Shown: positions 18,944 to 29,140 of the stretch, piece after piece
Numbering within the stretch: position 1 is the first letter of the stretch
Layout: every line of letters starts with the position of its first letter
Source: an uncultured Nitrososphaerota archaeon
GTDB taxonomy: Archaea; Thermoproteota; EX4484-205; JAAOZP01
Length of the DNA: 64,000 nt
Direction of reading: 5' to 3'
NCBI GenBank assembly: GCA_964416155.1
Contig: CAYQCW010000001.1
Location: 96,001 to 160,000 of the forward strand
Program-made: the position numbers and the translations under genes
Notes under the pieces: model-generated
The model's database searches: none
What the model was told of the DNA's origin: nothing
What the model saw: the letters and a program-made list of their open reading frames with translations, nothing else

Positions 18944-21054
18944 GAGCCCATTGAATAAGGTTCTAAAACAATTACCTCATGCTCTCTGAGAATCGGCAGT
19001 TTAAAAGCCACATCCCCTCCAGTATTCTCTAACACCAGCTCCATGTTTAACCTTAAAGCCTTAGCATGCCTAATGGATTTAAACCCGTGCAGGCATATTC
19101 TCAAGTCTCTGATAGGCATTATTGATTCTATTGGTCGAGTCATCTCGCCTGTGAAATTAACAAGATGCATCACTAACCTCCGTTTGCTATGCTGGTGCCT
19201 CAGAGTGATTTCAACGCTTCGAGGACAATTCTCCAGCGTCACTAAGCTTCTGGACATGAGGCCTACAGCATTAGCAATAATCCTCCTGTAATCAGGATTA
19301 TGATAGCAACCATAATGCTCAAAAAAGTTTCCCGCAATGTAAAGGCAACGTCCCTCTCCATAATTGTTCATTAGGATCGCCGGATTCTTCGACAAAGATG
19401 GGAGCTTCACGTATCTGGAAGACATTTTCTCGTGAAAAAGCGCTATTGTTTCCGAGCTCGTCGGGATAACCTCTAACCCATAGGTTGGACATGGCAGTAG
19501 CTTTGTGCTTAAACCCTCTGCAACAGAATGCTCGCCTATAATCGACATATAGTCAAGCATCATAGGTCCGAAAACCCCTCGGCCCACCTTAACGCCGAAA
19601 ACCTCAGCAAGCCCTGGCTCTTCAAGCATCTCTCCATGCTCATCGTATCTCGAACATTCGAAGCTAGCGATTAGGTTGCCACCGTTCTTGACGTATTCCC
19701 TAATATCTTCAACTTTATCTCGCGGGATGCAGGCACAGTTTGGCATGATAATAAGGTCGTAACCATGCAATACGTCGAGCCTCAAACACCCTTCGTCTAG
19801 AATCTTGAAAAGCGTGTGCGACCTAGCTAAAATCTCGTAACAACCGAGGAAGCCTTGGTAGAAGTTTCCCGCCGTAGCCCTCTTTCCAAGCTTTTCCGCT
19901 TTAGGAGTAAAATCAGTAACCGGTATGCTCGCCCTGTAAAAATCGGCGGTCCTCGCAGACCAGAAAAGACCAACCCTAGCCAGCGGAACAGTATCCTCCA
20001 AGTATTCCGTGTTTCTAAGGATGAAGCTATTCATTTCCCCAGCGGCCAATGCGCCAGGCTTATTCTTTAAAGCAAGAGGTATACCATACCATGGATTAGC
20101 GCCGTTAGCAATAGTGTCAGCGTACAGCAGTTTCGTCTCAACCCCGGTTAAAAGATACTCGTCCCATCCCTTGTTCGCACCAGCTATGAAGACAACCGTC
20201 GGCTTGCCGCCGGATTGAGCCTCCAAGAGCTTAGCCGTCATACCGGGTTTCCACAATGATTCAGACCTGAGATCATAGTAGAGAAAACCACCCTCAGCCC
20301 CAAGTATATTCTGGTAAGGCAGGAGGCGCCTATTATCCCTAGCCGCCGGCCACGCCGGCCATAGACCAGTGGAATTCATGTAGATTATTGCGTTCGGCCT
20401 GACTTTTTTCAGCGTCTTCTCCGCATCCCTTAGGTATTCTGCTATACTGTCATACCGGAAATCTATAAACCGGCTCCAAGCAGGATCATTCCAATCCTCC
20501 CACTTGGGAAGATTCAACCCGTATTTTTGCTCAAACTTCTCCCTGCAGTTTATACAATAACAAGCCTCAGGAGCGAAAATAGGGCCGTCTAAAAACACTC
20601 CGTCTATATCGTATGAAGCCATGTCTTCAAGCCCTTTAAGAGACCATTCTCTCCATGAAGAGTTTACACAGGGAGCGTTTCCGGAACCGTAAAGGTCGCT
20701 TATTATCCTGCCCTCTGAATCCACTTGAAGCCAACCATGATGGTTTCTGCCGAATTCAGGGTTTATCCAGTGTACATTGTAATAAACTAGAACCCTGATC
20801 CCTCTTTTATGAGCCTCAGGCAAGTACTCGTTCAAAAGATCCCTGGGCACTTGCCTCGCTATCCTAGTCTGAAAGTAGAAAACACCTTTCTCACCACCCC
20901 AAACATCACTGCAACCCAGGTGCTCAGTGTTAAAACCAAGCATGCTTTTAGCCTCAGTAAGCTCAGCCGGATTTATCCTTAGAACCTCCTCGGCATCTGG
21001 CAAAGTAAAGTCGGCGATTGTTAAAGGCTGATACCACCATTGTTTCACAGCCAT
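18940..21054 (-). CDS. Putative glycoside hydrolase (GHL6-like TIM barrel plus beta-galactosidase trimerisation/GATase-like domain); start taken as ATG 21054
   Basis: Motifs AHKRGIRVLVY, CVNS, YDIDGVFLDGP, CYCINC, LIIMPNCAC and YVKNGGNLIA. Confidence 0.7.
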   Translation of the reverse strand: MAVKQWWYQPLTIADFTLPDAEEVLRINPAELTEAKSMLGFNTEHLGCSDVWGGEKGVFYFQTRIARQVPRDLLNEYLPEAHKRGIRVLVYYNVHWINPEFGRNHHGWLQVDSEGRIISDLYGSGNAPCVNSSWREWSLKGLEDMASYDIDGVFLDGPIFAPEACYCINCREKFEQKYGLNLPKWEDWNDPAWSRFIDFRYDSIAEYLRDAEKTLKKVRPNAIIYMNSTGLWPAWPAARDNRRLLPYQNILGAEGGFLYYDLRSESLWKPGMTAKLLEAQSGGKPTVVFIAGANKGWDEYLLTGVETKLLYADTIANGANPWYGIPLALKNKPGALAAGEMNSFILRNTEYLEDTVPLARVGLFWSARTADFYRASIPVTDFTPKAEKLGKRATAGNFYQGFLGCYEILARSHTLFKILDEGCLRLDVLHGYDLIIMPNCACIPRDKVEDIREYVKNGGNLIASFECSRYDEHGEMLEEPGLAEVFGVKVGRGVFGPMMLDYMSIIGEHSVAEGLSTKLLPCPTYGLEVIPTSSETIALFHEKMSSRYVKLPSLSKNPAILMNNYGEGRCLYIAGNFFEHYGCYHNPDYRRIIANAVGLMSRSLVTLENCPRSVEITLRHQHSKRRLVMHLVNFTGEMTRPIESIMPIRDLRICLHGFKSIRHAKALRLNMELVLENTGGDVAFKLPILREHEVIVLEPYSMGS

Positions 21055-21153
21055 GTTTCCCACAATGCGTTTAAAATATTTAGGCTTTCCTAAGGCGCAC
21101 GCGTTAGCACGTAAAGTTGAAAAACTTATTACGAAGGTCATCGGCGTAGAAGC

Positions 21154-22275
21154 ATGCTGCCGGCTGAGAGACTTGACGCCGCATTCGAGGGGAAAGATTC
21201 AGACGCGATGCCCTGGTTCGCCGACCTTACCTACTGGTGTCACGCGCATGAAGAGATGGGAATCCTGCCCAAAAAATACGCGGGGGAGAACAGGATAAAC
21301 CTTTACGTGGAAATGGGGTGTGGGGCGCACGAGGAGCTGTACCGCCCGGTTTTCAGAGTAACTCGTAAACGGGTGAGGATCCATACTTATGAGGAAAAGA
21401 ATTCTGATGGCAGCGTTGTTAGACGCGAGGTTTTTGAGACGCCGATCGGGGATTTGAGACGTGTAAGCAAGCACTCAGTGATGTCTCACAGCTCCGCTAC
21501 AATAGAGCATCCGGTGAAAACCGTGAGCGACCTTAAGAGGCTCAGGTTCATACTGAGAGACCAAGTTGTGGAGAAGGATCCGGAGATGTATGAATGGCAG
21601 CTACGTATGATGCAGAAATGGGATGGATGGGGGATTGTGAGTTCCATCCCGCCAAGAACCCCCTTAATGAGGATGATAGTGGAGTGGGCTGGTTTTTCAA
21701 ACACTGTGAAGCTTCAGTGGATGCATAGGGAAGAGTTCGACGAGACGATTCAAGTAATGTGTGAGGCAGACGATCCTATTTACGAGGCGGTTTTAGACGC
21801 TCCCGCCAAGTATGTTTACTTCGGGGAGAACCTGTCCAGCGACATGGTTAGCCCACGCCTATTCAAGACATATCTTGAACCCTACTATAAGAAGCGGTCT
21901 CTTGAACTCCACGCTAAAGGGAAAAGGATTTACCTGCATATTGACGGCGGGCTCAGGGGACTGTTGCCATTGCTTGCTCAAACGGGTGTTGACTGCGCAC
22001 AATCGCTGACGCCAGTTCCCGCGGGCGATGTTGACGTCAAGGATTTCAGGAAGATTGCCGGCGAAAACATAGTTTTATGGGGAGGCTTACCTGGAGTTTT
22101 ATTCAGCGAGAAACATCCTGTCGAAATGTTGAAGAAATTACTTGACGACATAATAGAAACGTATCTGAATGACCGCAGGTTTATCATAGGAGTTGCCGAC
22201 CAGGTGCCTCCGGACGGGGAGATTGAAAGAGTGAAAATGGTCAGCGAAACCCTGGAGACCAAGGGGAGAAGATGA
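21154..22275 (+). CDS. Uroporphyrinogen decarboxylase / MtaA-like methyltransferase family protein
   Basis: Motifs MVSPRLFKTYLEPYYK, YLHIDG, GVDC and ENIVLWGGLP fit the URO-D barrel. Confidence 0.75.
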   Translation: MLPAERLDAAFEGKDSDAMPWFADLTYWCHAHEEMGILPKKYAGENRINLYVEMGCGAHEELYRPVFRVTRKRVRIHTYEEKNSDGSVVRREVFETPIGDLRRVSKHSVMSHSSATIEHPVKTVSDLKRLRFILRDQVVEKDPEMYEWQLRMMQKWDGWGIVSSIPPRTPLMRMIVEWAGFSNTVKLQWMHREEFDETIQVMCEADDPIYEAVLDAPAKYVYFGENLSSDMVSPRLFKTYLEPYYKKRSLELHAKGKRIYLHIDGGLRGLLPLLAQTGVDCAQSLTPVPAGDVDVKDFRKIAGENIVLWGGLPGVLFSEKHPVEMLKKLLDDIIETYLNDRRFIIGVADQVPPDGEIERVKMVSETLETKGRR

Positions 22276-22332
22276 CATGGTTAAAACCCATAGTCTTATA
22301 AATAGGCTTAGCGCGGTTTTTGACGATGCGCG

Positions 22333-23382
22333 TTGGGAGAAATCGATGCCCCCCAGATCACTGACAATTTTATAAGAAAACTCTATGAGAGAACTAAACC
22401 CTCTCTGTCCTTCAACGCTTCCTCTAAAGATGAATTTCTCATATGGAAGGAGGGGCTTAAGAACAAGATTAGAGAGCTCCTGGGAGAGTTTCCCAAACCC
22501 GCTGACCTAAGCCCGCGTTTACTATGCCGGGATGAGGCAGAGAACTATGTCAGGGAGAAGTGGATTATCCAGTCTGAAGAAGACTGCTGGATACCCCTGT
22601 ATCTTCTGGTTCCGAAGAACACAGAGGGGAAGCTTCCCGCAATCCTGTGTGCTCACGGCCACGGTGCCTACGGCAAGGATTCAGTAGCGGGTGTTCATTT
22701 TAACGACCCGAACAGGAAGGCTGAGATCGCCAGATTAAACTATAACTATGGGGAGCAAATGGCTAACGCTGGCTTCGTCACAATCGCCCCAGACTGGCGG
22801 AGCTTCGGTGAAAGAATAGCTTACTACAACCCTTACCCCGGGAGAGATATATGCAACATCCATTTCATTCAACACTTGATCCTTGGGAGGACGCTTCTGG
22901 GAAGCAATATTTTCGACGGTATGCGGGTTATAGACTTCTTAACGATGCTCGAGTATGTAGACTCGAGCAGAATAGGTTGCATGGGGCTTTCCTTCGGAGG
23001 GACAATGACAACCTACTTGACGCTGCTCGACGACAGGGTAAAAGCAGCAGACATAATGTGTTATGCAACGACGACTGAGCATTACGCCATATATAGGCCA
23101 AACTTCTGCGGATCTCAGCTGGTTCCCTACCTTTACAAGTATGCTGACGTGTCCGACGTTATAGCCGCAATAGCTCCTAAACCTCTTCTAATAGAGAGCG
23201 GCGCATCTGACACTTGTTTCTGGATACATTCCGCCTTGAAATCACACGATGTAATACGGAGGGCCTACGAGGTCGCCGGAGAGCCGGAAAACCTCTGGAT
23301 AGAGGTCTTCCCAGGGGAACACAGCTTCTCCGGGAGAATGGCCTTTAGATTCTTCGAAAAATACCTTAAATCAGGAAACTAA
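22333..23382 (+). CDS. Alpha/beta hydrolase (acetyl xylan esterase / dienelactone hydrolase-like)
   Basis: Motifs CAHGHG, APDWRSFGER, GCMGLSFGG (nucleophile), IAPKPLLIESG-SD and GEHSF. Confidence 0.8.
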   Translation: MGEIDAPQITDNFIRKLYERTKPSLSFNASSKDEFLIWKEGLKNKIRELLGEFPKPADLSPRLLCRDEAENYVREKWIIQSEEDCWIPLYLLVPKNTEGKLPAILCAHGHGAYGKDSVAGVHFNDPNRKAEIARLNYNYGEQMANAGFVTIAPDWRSFGERIAYYNPYPGRDICNIHFIQHLILGRTLLGSNIFDGMRVIDFLTMLEYVDSSRIGCMGLSFGGTMTTYLTLLDDRVKAADIMCYATTTEHYAIYRPNFCGSQLVPYLYKYADVSDVIAAIAPKPLLIESGASDTCFWIHSALKSHDVIRRAYEVAGEPENLWIEVFPGEHSFSGRMAFRFFEKYLKSGN

Positions 23383-23550
23383 GGTGAATAAGCCGTCAAA
23401 AACATTGGAAATGCTAATGCCGCTCGGGATCCGCAGGATACAAACCTAACATTTAATGAGCCGACCATCCCTATGCGGACAATGCTACCATATTATGGGT
23501 AAAGCAAAATATTATAAGTTTCTTTTTAACCATTCTCCACGGTGGTCCAG

Positions 23551-24102
23551 ATGGATGTCTTCGAGGCCATAAGGACAAGGCGTAGCATACGGGTCTATGA
23601 GGACAAGCCTGTTGAAGAAGAAAAACTCAAAAGAATCTTGGAGGCCGCTAGGCTAGCGCCATCCGCTGGAAACAGGCAGCCGTGGTGTTTTATCGTGGTC
23701 ACGGATCCTAAGGTTAAAGAAGGGCTGATTGAGGCGAAAAAGAAGATGATGCCTTCTCCACCCCCAGGAGCTCCCCCCAGGCCTTTCAGAGGCCCATTGG
23801 AATCAGCTCCGGTTTTAATCGTGGGCTGCGCCCTACCTGGTGAAAGCGTTCCCGGAACGGATTTCTGGAAGATTGATGTAGCGATAGCCCTGCAGAGCCT
23901 TGTCTTGGCAGCTTGGGAGCAGGGTCTCGGAACATGCTGGATCGGAGTATTCCACGAGGAGGAGGAAGTCAAGAAGGTTTTAGGCCTTCCGAAGGAAGCA
24001 AGAGTAGTCTCTATGATAGCTGTAGGCTACCCCGCTGAGAAAAAAGAGCCTGTGTCGAACCGGAAACCTCTAGAGGAGATTGTCAGATATAACCACTGGT
24101 GA
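23551..24102 (+). CDS. Nitroreductase family protein
   Basis: Motifs IRTRRSIR, APSAGNRQPW, GLGTCWIG and AVGYP. Confidence 0.92.
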   Translation: MDVFEAIRTRRSIRVYEDKPVEEEKLKRILEAARLAPSAGNRQPWCFIVVTDPKVKEGLIEAKKKMMPSPPPGAPPRPFRGPLESAPVLIVGCALPGESVPGTDFWKIDVAIALQSLVLAAWEQGLGTCWIGVFHEEEEVKKVLGLPKEARVVSMIAVGYPAEKKEPVSNRKPLEEIVRYNHW

Positions 24103-24135
24103 AAACCCCGTTAATACACTGCTTGTTTTTTCGAT

Positions 24136-25146
24136 TTAAGGGATCAGGCTTAGGACTTCCGTGGATCTTAAAACCTCTCCACCCTGAAGATTCATGATTG
24201 AATCAAAGTTCTCCCGGGTAACGTTCGTCGTTGTCCCGACGCCAGTTACACACGCAGCGCCAGCAGCCTGCCCTGCCATTAAGAGCCTCTTTAAATCCTC
24301 AAGAGGGATTTCAGACGGGTCTCCAAGCCTCCCATCCTTCAGCAGAGTGAATAGGATTCCTGCGCTGAACGCGTCCCCAGCGCCGGTCGGGTCAACCACC
24401 TCGACTTTAAACCCGTTTTGCCTTACGTATTCCCCATTCTTCAAAACAGACAGCGCACCTTTTTCGCCGAGGGTTATGAACGTTATGCCATTAACCCTTT
24501 TACTCGCCTCCTTCATCGCAGAGGCTAAACTATCTGTCTTGAATATGTTCTTCAGCTCCATGTCGTTACAGTGGAAAAAGTCTGCGTAATCCAAATGTTC
24601 AACAATATAATCCCATTGCCTTCCATAAGGCTCAACCATGTCGACGAAAGTTAAGCTCCCAGTCTTCTTTGCGGTTTCAAGAACCTCCCCCAGCCTCCCG
24701 TCGAACTCGCCGCACAGACCGGAAGCAGCGTAGAAAATCGTCGGTCGAATCTCAAGTATCTTCTTGGAAACGAAATTGGGGTCGAGATGCCAGCTTGCAC
24801 CCAAGTCTAGGTGGAACCTCCTGTCCTCCCCCTTAACGACAAGCGCAATGTTTTTCGTCGTTCCTACTTCAGCGAGCTCAAGCAAGTGTGTGACAACCCC
24901 CTTTTCCTCCAAAACACTCCTTATGAAGCCTCCGAAAATATCCTTACCGATCGCCCCCACTATGCCGACAGAACCCTTTTCAAGGCCAAGCTGGATCAAA
25001 TCTATAGAAACATTGCAGGGATGCCCTCCCACAGTCAACTTAACGCTTTTCTTGGCAAACACTATGTGCCCAGGATCGGCGATTTTAGGCAGTTCCGCCA
25101 GAATCATATCGGCCACTACGAATCCTGAGGCAAGGACTTTCATCAA
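24136..25146 (-). CDS. PfkB family carbohydrate kinase
   Basis: Motifs GGHPCNVS, ITLGEKGA and VVDPTGAGDAF. Confidence 0.9.
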   Translation of the reverse strand: MMKVLASGFVVADMILAELPKIADPGHIVFAKKSVKLTVGGHPCNVSIDLIQLGLEKGSVGIVGAIGKDIFGGFIRSVLEEKGVVTHLLELAEVGTTKNIALVVKGEDRRFHLDLGASWHLDPNFVSKKILEIRPTIFYAASGLCGEFDGRLGEVLETAKKTGSLTFVDMVEPYGRQWDYIVEHLDYADFFHCNDMELKNIFKTDSLASAMKEASKRVNGITFITLGEKGALSVLKNGEYVRQNGFKVEVVDPTGAGDAFSAGILFTLLKDGRLGDPSEIPLEDLKRLLMAGQAAGAACVTGVGTTTNVTRENFDSIMNLQGGEVLRSTEVLSLIP

Positions 25147-25199
25147 GACGGTTTATGGCTAAGAGTTTTTAATCTTTTCTAAACTTCCTAAGCATGATT

Positions 25200-26228
25200 C
25201 TAAACCCATTCTCTAAGAGTAGTGCCCTTCCCAGCAGACCTGTAGAAGCTCCTCATTCTTTCAATAAGCTTAGAAACCCTATCCTTAGAGAAACCTTTTT
25301 CAAAGTGGAGGAACTCCATCAACCTTACCTCATCAAGCCCCGCATATTTAACAGAATACTCTTTTCTAACATCCGGCTCCATGAATACTCTTCTAACCTC
25401 AGCGTAATTCTCCGGAATCTTGGGAAGAATGTTTCTGGGGATTTCATCTATCCGCCCATATTTCTTAATAAGCTGCAGAGCTTTTTTAGGGCCAACCCCC
25501 CTAACACCCTCGTTGAAATCCGTCCCGACAAGTATAGCAATATCCACCAGCTGTTCTCTAGTAATCCCCAGTCTGCCTAAAGCTTCTTCAGCCTCTATGA
25601 GCTCAGGCTTCAAAACCTTCGAGTAACCCTTACTCGGTAAAAACTCAGTGCTACGTATAGCTAAGTTTCTAACAAGCCTCGGAGAACCATATAGGAGAGT
25701 ATCATAGTCTCTTCCAGCAACAGCATATGCATCTCCCTTCTGAACTATGAATGCTGCTTGAGCTTCAGCGTCCGATGGTGCTTCGACAAATGGGAGACCC
25801 ATTGCCGACAGAAGCATCTTGGCGTCTTCAACCATCGTACTAGTTAATCTTGTTGAGGAAACGGCCTTGGAGAAGCCTTCTGCAAGCCTACCCTCTTTTA
25901 TCGCTCGCCTCCACTCGGCTAAAGCCTTCTCTCTCCTATGTCTCCTCTCATCAAGCTCCCTCAGCTTGAGCGGGATAGGCCTCCCGTCGAATACGAATAT
26001 GAAACGCATGTCATAGTCGCACAGAAGCCTTGTAACCCTGAAGGCGAAACCTATTAGGTGGGACGTAACGTTGCCCTCAGCATCCGTGAAAAACGATCCG
26101 TCAGGCTTACGTATTAACGCGAGAAACTGGTAGAGCATCTGATTAGCATCGATCGCGAAGCTTTCCCCTCTGAAGCTTTCAAGACGCATCGGCTTCCTGA
26201 CGATTATGGATGTTAAATTAACCCCCAT
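25200..26228 (-). CDS. fen: Flap endonuclease 1 (start ATG 26228)
   Basis: Motifs MGVNL, AIDA..LYQFL, TSHL.G, FVFDG, APSDAEAQAA, DYDTLLYG and ILVGTDFNEGVRGVGPKKAL. Confidence 0.9.
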   Translation of the reverse strand: MGVNLTSIIVRKPMRLESFRGESFAIDANQMLYQFLALIRKPDGSFFTDAEGNVTSHLIGFAFRVTRLLCDYDMRFIFVFDGRPIPLKLRELDERRHRREKALAEWRRAIKEGRLAEGFSKAVSSTRLTSTMVEDAKMLLSAMGLPFVEAPSDAEAQAAFIVQKGDAYAVAGRDYDTLLYGSPRLVRNLAIRSTEFLPSKGYSKVLKPELIEAEEALGRLGITREQLVDIAILVGTDFNEGVRGVGPKKALQLIKKYGRIDEIPRNILPKIPENYAEVRRVFMEPDVRKEYSVKYAGLDEVRLMEFLHFEKGFSKDRVSKLIERMRSFYRSAGKGTTLREWV

Positions 26229-26302
26229 CTGGGCCCCGAACCACCTATTGTTATTATTCCGCGACATTTATGGTTTTCAAGCATATTTTTGGAGGAATAT
26301 AG

Positions 26303-26824
26303 GTAAAGAAGACGATTATTTTAAAAATCGGTCTTTTAAAAAGTAGGCTATTGTACTTCTCAACATGTCTAATCCTAATATCCTCAACAAGCTTCATCAG
26401 CAAAATTATTCTCAGCGTTCAGGCAGGAGCGCGCGGCGCAATGGAGCAGTAGAGCTGGGCTTTACTGTTTCTCGGAGACATCTCAGACAGCAGGGGCTTT
26501 CCGACAGGCGACTATTATGTGGAGATTATGTCGAGCGATACCTTAGGAAACTGGCTTGACGGGAGGACCTATGGGTTCGGGCTCGGCAGGCCTCTGATTA
26601 ATGTGGCAAGCTTTAGCGTTGAATCAAACACTTTAAGATAAGGGATCAGAGGAGATCTCGCTCGACGCCCTAAACGATGGTTAGATAACCCTCTCGGGGA
26701 AATGCATCTTCATGATGCAGAGGGGAACAATACTGTTTGGAGCAGTCACCTTAATTTTTCATCCCTTGCGCCCGGAGGCTCTTTTAGGTTCACCTCAACT
26801 TGGAACACGCGCGCTAAAGGTTAA
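26303..26824 (+). pseudogene. Decayed remnant of a secreted Ig-like/CARDB-like protein
   Basis: One frame reads a signal-peptide-like RLLYFSTCLILISS, then TAG at 26450, then ...SRGFPTGDYYVEI..., then TAA at 26639, then ...SLAPGGSFRFTSTWNT. Confidence 0.45.
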
Positions 26825-26849
26825 ATCGAGGTGTGTGAAGATATTCCCG

Positions 26850-27446
26850 TTGGCTAGAGAATATAAACTTGAAACCCCCCTCGGAAAGGAAGAAGTTACT
26901 AAACTCAGGGCTGGAGACATTCTGTATGTTAGCGGGGAAGTTTTTACGAGTAGGGATAGGACTCAAAAATTAATATTGGAGAACAGGAATAGGCTGCCCT
27001 TTTCCCTTCAGGGCCTCATCGAGTTTCACGCAGGTCCAATAGTTAGGAGGAAGAATTCCGAGTGGAAGATTGTTTCAATCGGCCCCACCACGAGTTTCCG
27101 AATGGAGGATAACGAATACGAGTTTATCAGGGAGACAGGGGTTGTAGGCATCATTGGAAAAGGTGGTATGGGGAGTAGAACCATGGAGGCATGCCGAGAA
27201 TTTAAAGCCTTCTACGGGGTTCTTCCCGGGGGAGCCGCGGCGCTGATTGCTAAAAGCGTTAAACGTATTATTGGAGTCTACTGGCTTGAAGAGCTTAGAG
27301 CCCCTGAGGCAATGTGGCATCTCGAGGTTAAGGAGCTTGGCCCGATAACAATTGTAATAGATGCTTTTGGAAACGATCTGTACGAGGACCTTAGGAGAAG
27401 GGTTGGCGAAAACCTTTCGCGAGTTTTGAAAAGCCTGGAGGAATAA
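26850..27446 (+). CDS. Fe-S hydro-lyase beta subunit (class I fumarate hydratase / tartrate dehydratase); start GTG 26835 or TTG 26850
   Basis: Motifs LRAGD...G.VFTSRD, FHAGP, GPTTSFRM, IGKGG, PEAMW and IDAFGNDLY. Confidence 0.9.
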   Translation: MAREYKLETPLGKEEVTKLRAGDILYVSGEVFTSRDRTQKLILENRNRLPFSLQGLIEFHAGPIVRRKNSEWKIVSIGPTTSFRMEDNEYEFIRETGVVGIIGKGGMGSRTMEACREFKAFYGVLPGGAAALIAKSVKRIIGVYWLEELRAPEAMWHLEVKELGPITIVIDAFGNDLYEDLRRRVGENLSRVLKSLEE

Positions 27447-27449
27447 AAA

Positions 27450-28325
27450 ATGCATCCAGCTAAGCTTAAGGAATATGTTGTTGAAGCAATAAGGCTCTGC
27501 GAAACATCCCTCCCAGTAGATGTTAAGAACCGTCTGAAAGAAGCCTATGAGTGTGAAGAAAGGGAGGTTCCGAGGAAAATACTGGGTGTCCTCCTGGAGA
27601 ATGTTGAAACCGCCGAAAAAGAGGGCAAACCCATATGCCAAGATACAGGCACGTTAACATTCTATGTTAAGAGAGGAGAATGGTGGGAGGATGAGCTGCG
27701 GAGAATCATTGTTGAGGCTGTTGTGGAGGCAAGTGGTAAAATACCTTTGAGGCCGAACGCGATAGATTTCCCCTCCGGGAGGAATTCCGGGGACAATACG
27801 GGGAGATTCATCCCGTGGATCCTTTGGGAGCCCGGTACGGAAAGCTTAGAGATAACTGTGGTCGCTAAGGGAGGGGGCTCGGAGGCCGTTTCAAGCCTAA
27901 GGGTTTTACCCGCTACCGCTGGGAGAAAGGAGATCTTTCAAACGGTGTTGGAGAGCGTTGCGCAAGCTGGAGCCAAGCCATGCCCTCCCATCGTAGTTGG
28001 AGTCGGTATTGGCCCATCTTCGGATATAGCATTGGATCTTGCTAAAAGAGCCGTTTACTTAAGGCCTCTTGGAAAGAGGCATGAGAACAGCGTTATTGCG
28101 GGAATGGAGGAGGATCTTTTAAGAAAGATTAACAGGCTTGATATAGGTGTTCACGGCTTCGGCGGTGTAACCGCCCTGGATATCCATATCGAGTATGCTT
28201 CCATTCACCCGTCTTCCATGGCTGTCGGGATTGTAGCCAGCTGCTGGGCGTTAAGAAGAGCCACGTTAAAAGTTCATGAAAAATCCGCAAGTATTACGAG
28301 TCATAATATTTCCCTAACGTCTTAA
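27450..28325 (+). CDS. Fe-S hydro-lyase alpha subunit (class I fumarate hydratase / tartrate dehydratase)
   Basis: Motifs PICQDTG, PLRPN, KGGGSE, PCPP.VVGVGIG and SCWALRR. Confidence 0.92.
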   Translation: MHPAKLKEYVVEAIRLCETSLPVDVKNRLKEAYECEEREVPRKILGVLLENVETAEKEGKPICQDTGTLTFYVKRGEWWEDELRRIIVEAVVEASGKIPLRPNAIDFPSGRNSGDNTGRFIPWILWEPGTESLEITVVAKGGGSEAVSSLRVLPATAGRKEIFQTVLESVAQAGAKPCPPIVVGVGIGPSSDIALDLAKRAVYLRPLGKRHENSVIAGMEEDLLRKINRLDIGVHGFGGVTALDIHIEYASIHPSSMAVGIVASCWALRRATLKVHEKSASITSHNISLTS

Positions 28326-28394
28326 AATAAGCAAATCCGAACCTTTTACCTTCTCCCAAAAAGGCTTTTATTAATCTTCTATTTTAGAAATATT

Positions 28395-28796
28395 GTGGAG
28401 AGAAGGATAAGATACATGGACAAGCTTGCTCATATAGATAGGAGGATGGCTAATATAGAATCTTGGTTACCCTCCCAAGATGAAGAGAGAACTCGATTAG
28501 CGATCTACAAGGCTTTTCAGGAGATAGTTGAAGCATTCTTTGATGTGCTATCTATGAAACTCGTCGAATTGAAAATACCCCCAAAAGACGATTATACTAA
28601 CATTCTGTTAATTGAAGAAAAAGGATTAATCGATAAAGATACCTCCAGTATTCTGAGAAGTGCAAACGGATTGAGAAATAGACTTGTCCATAACTATAAC
28701 AAAATATCAGACAAATTAGCGCTGGAATCGATAAAAACCCTCCTTCCCAAATTGGCTAAAATAAGGAAGGATTTAGAGTCATGGACGAATACATAG
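28395..28796 (+). CDS. HEPN (DUF86/HepT-like) ribonuclease toxin
   Basis: RNRLVHNY matches the RX4HXY motif. 133 aa, overlapping the MNT gene. Confidence 0.88.
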   Translation: MERRIRYMDKLAHIDRRMANIESWLPSQDEERTRLAIYKAFQEIVEAFFDVLSMKLVELKIPPKDDYTNILLIEEKGLIDKDTSSILRSANGLRNRLVHNYNKISDKLALESIKTLLPKLAKIRKDLESWTNT

Positions 28797-29140
28797 ACCT
28801 ATACCAGTTATCCGAGATTAAGGGTGTTTTAGCAATACTCCTATTCGGCTCTAAGGCGAAGGGCGAATCGATGATAAGAGATGTCGACGTTTGCATAGTT
28901 GCACCAGAGGTTAACGATAAAGCAGGATTACTGCTAGACGTGTTCTCCAGGGTTAATAACCAGAAGTACGATATCTGGTTGTTTGAAGAACTTCCACTCT
29001 ATATGAAGGCTGAAATCATAAAGACCCACAAGGTAGTATGGTGTGGAGATATAGACGAGCTTTACGACTATTTCGCTAACCTTATGAAAATATGGAGAGA
29101 CCAAGAAGTCAGAATTAGAACGTATATCAAAGAATTATAA
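28781..29140 (+). CDS. Minimal nucleotidyltransferase (MntA-like antitoxin)
   Basis: LLFGSKAKG...DVDVC motif. 119 aa, paired with the HEPN gene. Confidence 0.88.
   Translation: MDEYIDLYQLSEIKGVLAILLFGSKAKGESMIRDVDVCIVAPEVNDKAGLLLDVFSRVNNQKYDIWLFEELPLYMKAEIIKTHKVVWCGDIDELYDYFANLMKIWRDQEVRIRTYIKEL

Noticed and set aside
26450-26452. In-frame TAG as possible pyrrolysine
   Set aside because: The same remnant has a TAA and probable frameshifts, so decay explains it.
26712-26849. N-terminal extension of the hydro-lyase beta ORF, and similar extensions at 14252, 21141, 26267, 46032 and 57526
   Set aside because: Family similarity starts later and TATA positions favour the downstream start codons.
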